A stretch of 64,000 bases of DNA from Octopus sinensis (Eukaryota). The notes beneath the pieces are model-generated. The model had not been told where the DNA came from. It saw only the letters and a list, made by a program, of their open reading frames with translations, and did not search any database. Positions 61,997 through 64,000 of this stretch are shown here, one piece after another; within the stretch, counting starts at the first letter, position 1, and the number at the start of each line of letters is the position of its first letter. The position numbers were made by a program, and so were the translations under genes. Location of the stretch: positions 54,684,001-54,748,000 of the forward strand of contig NC_042998.1 of assembly GCF_006345805.1 (NCBI RefSeq), given 5' to 3'.

Positions 61997-62509
61997 TTAA
62001 AGGTTTTAGCTGCATGTTGTTCACAAGCAGAGAGAAGTTAATTATAAAACTTTTTAATAAACATATGGTGACTGACTCATCATGTGCTGTTGTGACAGAT
62101 TAGGTTGCCATGTGATCATTGAAGTAGCATCTCAACATCTCTGATACAGATTTTGTCTGCTTTAACTCCTTTGGTATCATATTCATGATGAAATGTATTG
62201 CCTTTGTTTTAATTAATTTCAAAAGCAATGAAAAAAATAATTTTGTCCTTATTAAGCTGATGATTGGGACATAAATTCATATGAAATTTTATTTAATTTA
62301 GATCACTTTAAAACAAAGAAGTTTGTACCATAGAACGAGAAAGCAGTTTTAGGTAGGCGGATATGAAAAGAGTTGAGATGTTTAGCTGGTATCTGAATAA
62401 TAATCATGTGCAGAATGAGATGTGATGGGCAATATCATCTGCATAGAAATGACAGCAGACATGGCAAACGAATGCTTAACAGAGGAAAACGTCTTCAGTG
62501 CATGCTATA

Positions 62510-62890
62510 TCATTATCATTTAATGTCCATTTTCCATGCTGGCATGGGCTAGATTGCTTGACTGGAGCTGGTAAGCCAGAAAGCTGCACCAGGCTCCAGT
62601 CACCTGTTTTGGTTTGGTTTGGTTTCTATGGCTGATGCCAGTGCCAGCAGCATGTAAAAAGTACCATTCAAGCATGATCGATACCAGTGCCATCTGACTG
62701 CCCCCCGTGCCAGTGGGACTTGAAAAGCACCCACTACACTCTCGGAGTGGTTGGCGTTAGGGAGGGCATCCAGCTGTAGAAACCTTGCCAGAACAAACTG
62801 GAGCCTGACTGCAGCCTCCCGACTTCAGTCAAACAGCCCAACCCATGCCAGAATGGAAAGCAGATGTTAAACAATGATGATTATGATGAA
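62510..62890. mobile_element. Two RTE 3'UTR fragments fused in opposite orientation, tails outward
   Basis: Minus copy ~62510-62635 and plus copy ~62640-62890, each with the catgc(t/c)ag(c/a)atgg hairpin and (gat)n-like tail. Confidence 0.75.
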
Positions 62891-63339
62891 GATATAATGT
62901 TACACCATTCAAAGTTTAGGTAAACTTCGTCACCCACTCACTCACTCTTTCTTTCTCTCTCTCTCTCTCTCCCCCCACACGAAAATGAAACTCATTTCGG
63001 CGCCAAATATTGCAAAGGGAAATGTTTTGGTTTTTCAAATCAATTCTGCTATCTGGAATTATTATATTATGTATTATATCCAGTGATTTTAAGAGGTAGG
63101 AAAAAGATATTTTTGTTTTAATATTATACTTCGTTTCACACATACATGCAAAAACTCTAACATGTTTCTTTCTAGATGAATTTATCATTCGTTATCTCTC
63201 CACATACTTCATTACCATGAACTTCTATAACCTTCACATTTTCACTTATTTATTTCAAACTTCTTTGAATTTTCAATCCAATGTAATCCACACTCTCTCG
63301 AAAACGTATTTCTGCAAAATGTCATCTAAAATTATAGGT

Positions 63340-63680
63340 AAAGAAAGAAATAACAAAAAATATCTGAAAATGGGGGTGGGGTGAAATTTCCGAAGGTTTC
63401 ACCCCACCCCGTTTTATGGACCCCAAAAAGGGTTTTGTAGCATATTAGGAGATCATCGGAATTTATTCAACAAAAAAATTTCCAATGGTTCCGGAATATG
63501 GGGAGGGGGGATCCGGTTTCCTCACCCACCCCTTTTTCCGAACAAAAATTATGGGGTTTGCAGCATATTAGGAGACTTTTTATTTCTTAGAGAAAATCGT
63601 GCGGATGAATGGATCAAATAATACCAAATTTGAGCAACAGGTATGGTTTAAATGAACATGGGAAACATGTAAAATGTACT
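63340..63680. mobile_element. Unclassified repeat-like module with GC-rich hairpin
   Basis: 14-bp stem ggggtggggtgaaa/tttcaccccacccc (63373-63410) and duplicated gcatattaggaga motifs; family not recognised. Confidence 0.35.
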
Positions 63681-64000
63681 ATTGAAAAGGGCTGTATATG
63701 TCGGAATGTGAAAAATACTTGATTGGTAGAATACAGCCGATAATGTACGTGCGTGTAATTTTAAGGTCCACTAAAAAGGAAATAGAGCGGAACGAGTAGT
63801 GTTGAGGAATGGGGTTAAAAGAACGAGTAGATATAAACGATCCGGCATGGAAAACGTGCACCAGCTAATATTATTTAAGGTTATGTTAGAAATCAATATT
63901 ATATAAGGCTTCATTAAAATAAAGGACACAAAAACAATTCCAACTTGTAGATAAGATTTGTAGTATAAAACCATTATTCCATTTTTTTAAGTTTATTTTT

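Overview
AT-rich, repeat-dominated eukaryotic genomic DNA. The SINE, LINE and MITE families and the microsatellite load point to an octopus (cephalopod) genome; this is an inference, not a database hit. No complete protein-coding gene is visible, and nearly all ORFs in the supplied track are microsatellite, satellite or retroelement read-throughs. Supported content: three abundant tRNA-derived SINE families, many 3' fragments of an RTE-clade LINE with (GAT)n tails, and degenerate CR1/L2-type RT remnants. There are also two mariner remnants, one long-TIR Tc1 remnant, pogo/Tigger and hAT remnants, piggyBac-type (TTAA) and hAT MITEs, and two non-autonomous Helitrons. Tandem repeats include a ~2.06-kb 24-bp satellite with higher-order structure and many microsatellites. 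A few short candidate spliceosomal exons occur on both strands around a CpG-enriched, promoter-like region at ~14-15.6 kb, but no gene can be named. The most unusual observations are three young long foldbacks (arms 84-120 bp), two of them inserted in or next to (TA)n and one bounded by a 13-bp TSD and carrying a hammerhead-like fold with a possible G3-C8 compensatory core. Also notable are four helically phased ETS motifs and two in-window empty-site proofs of TE insertion. Coordinates given for TE remnants are approximate unless a TSD or terminus is quoted.
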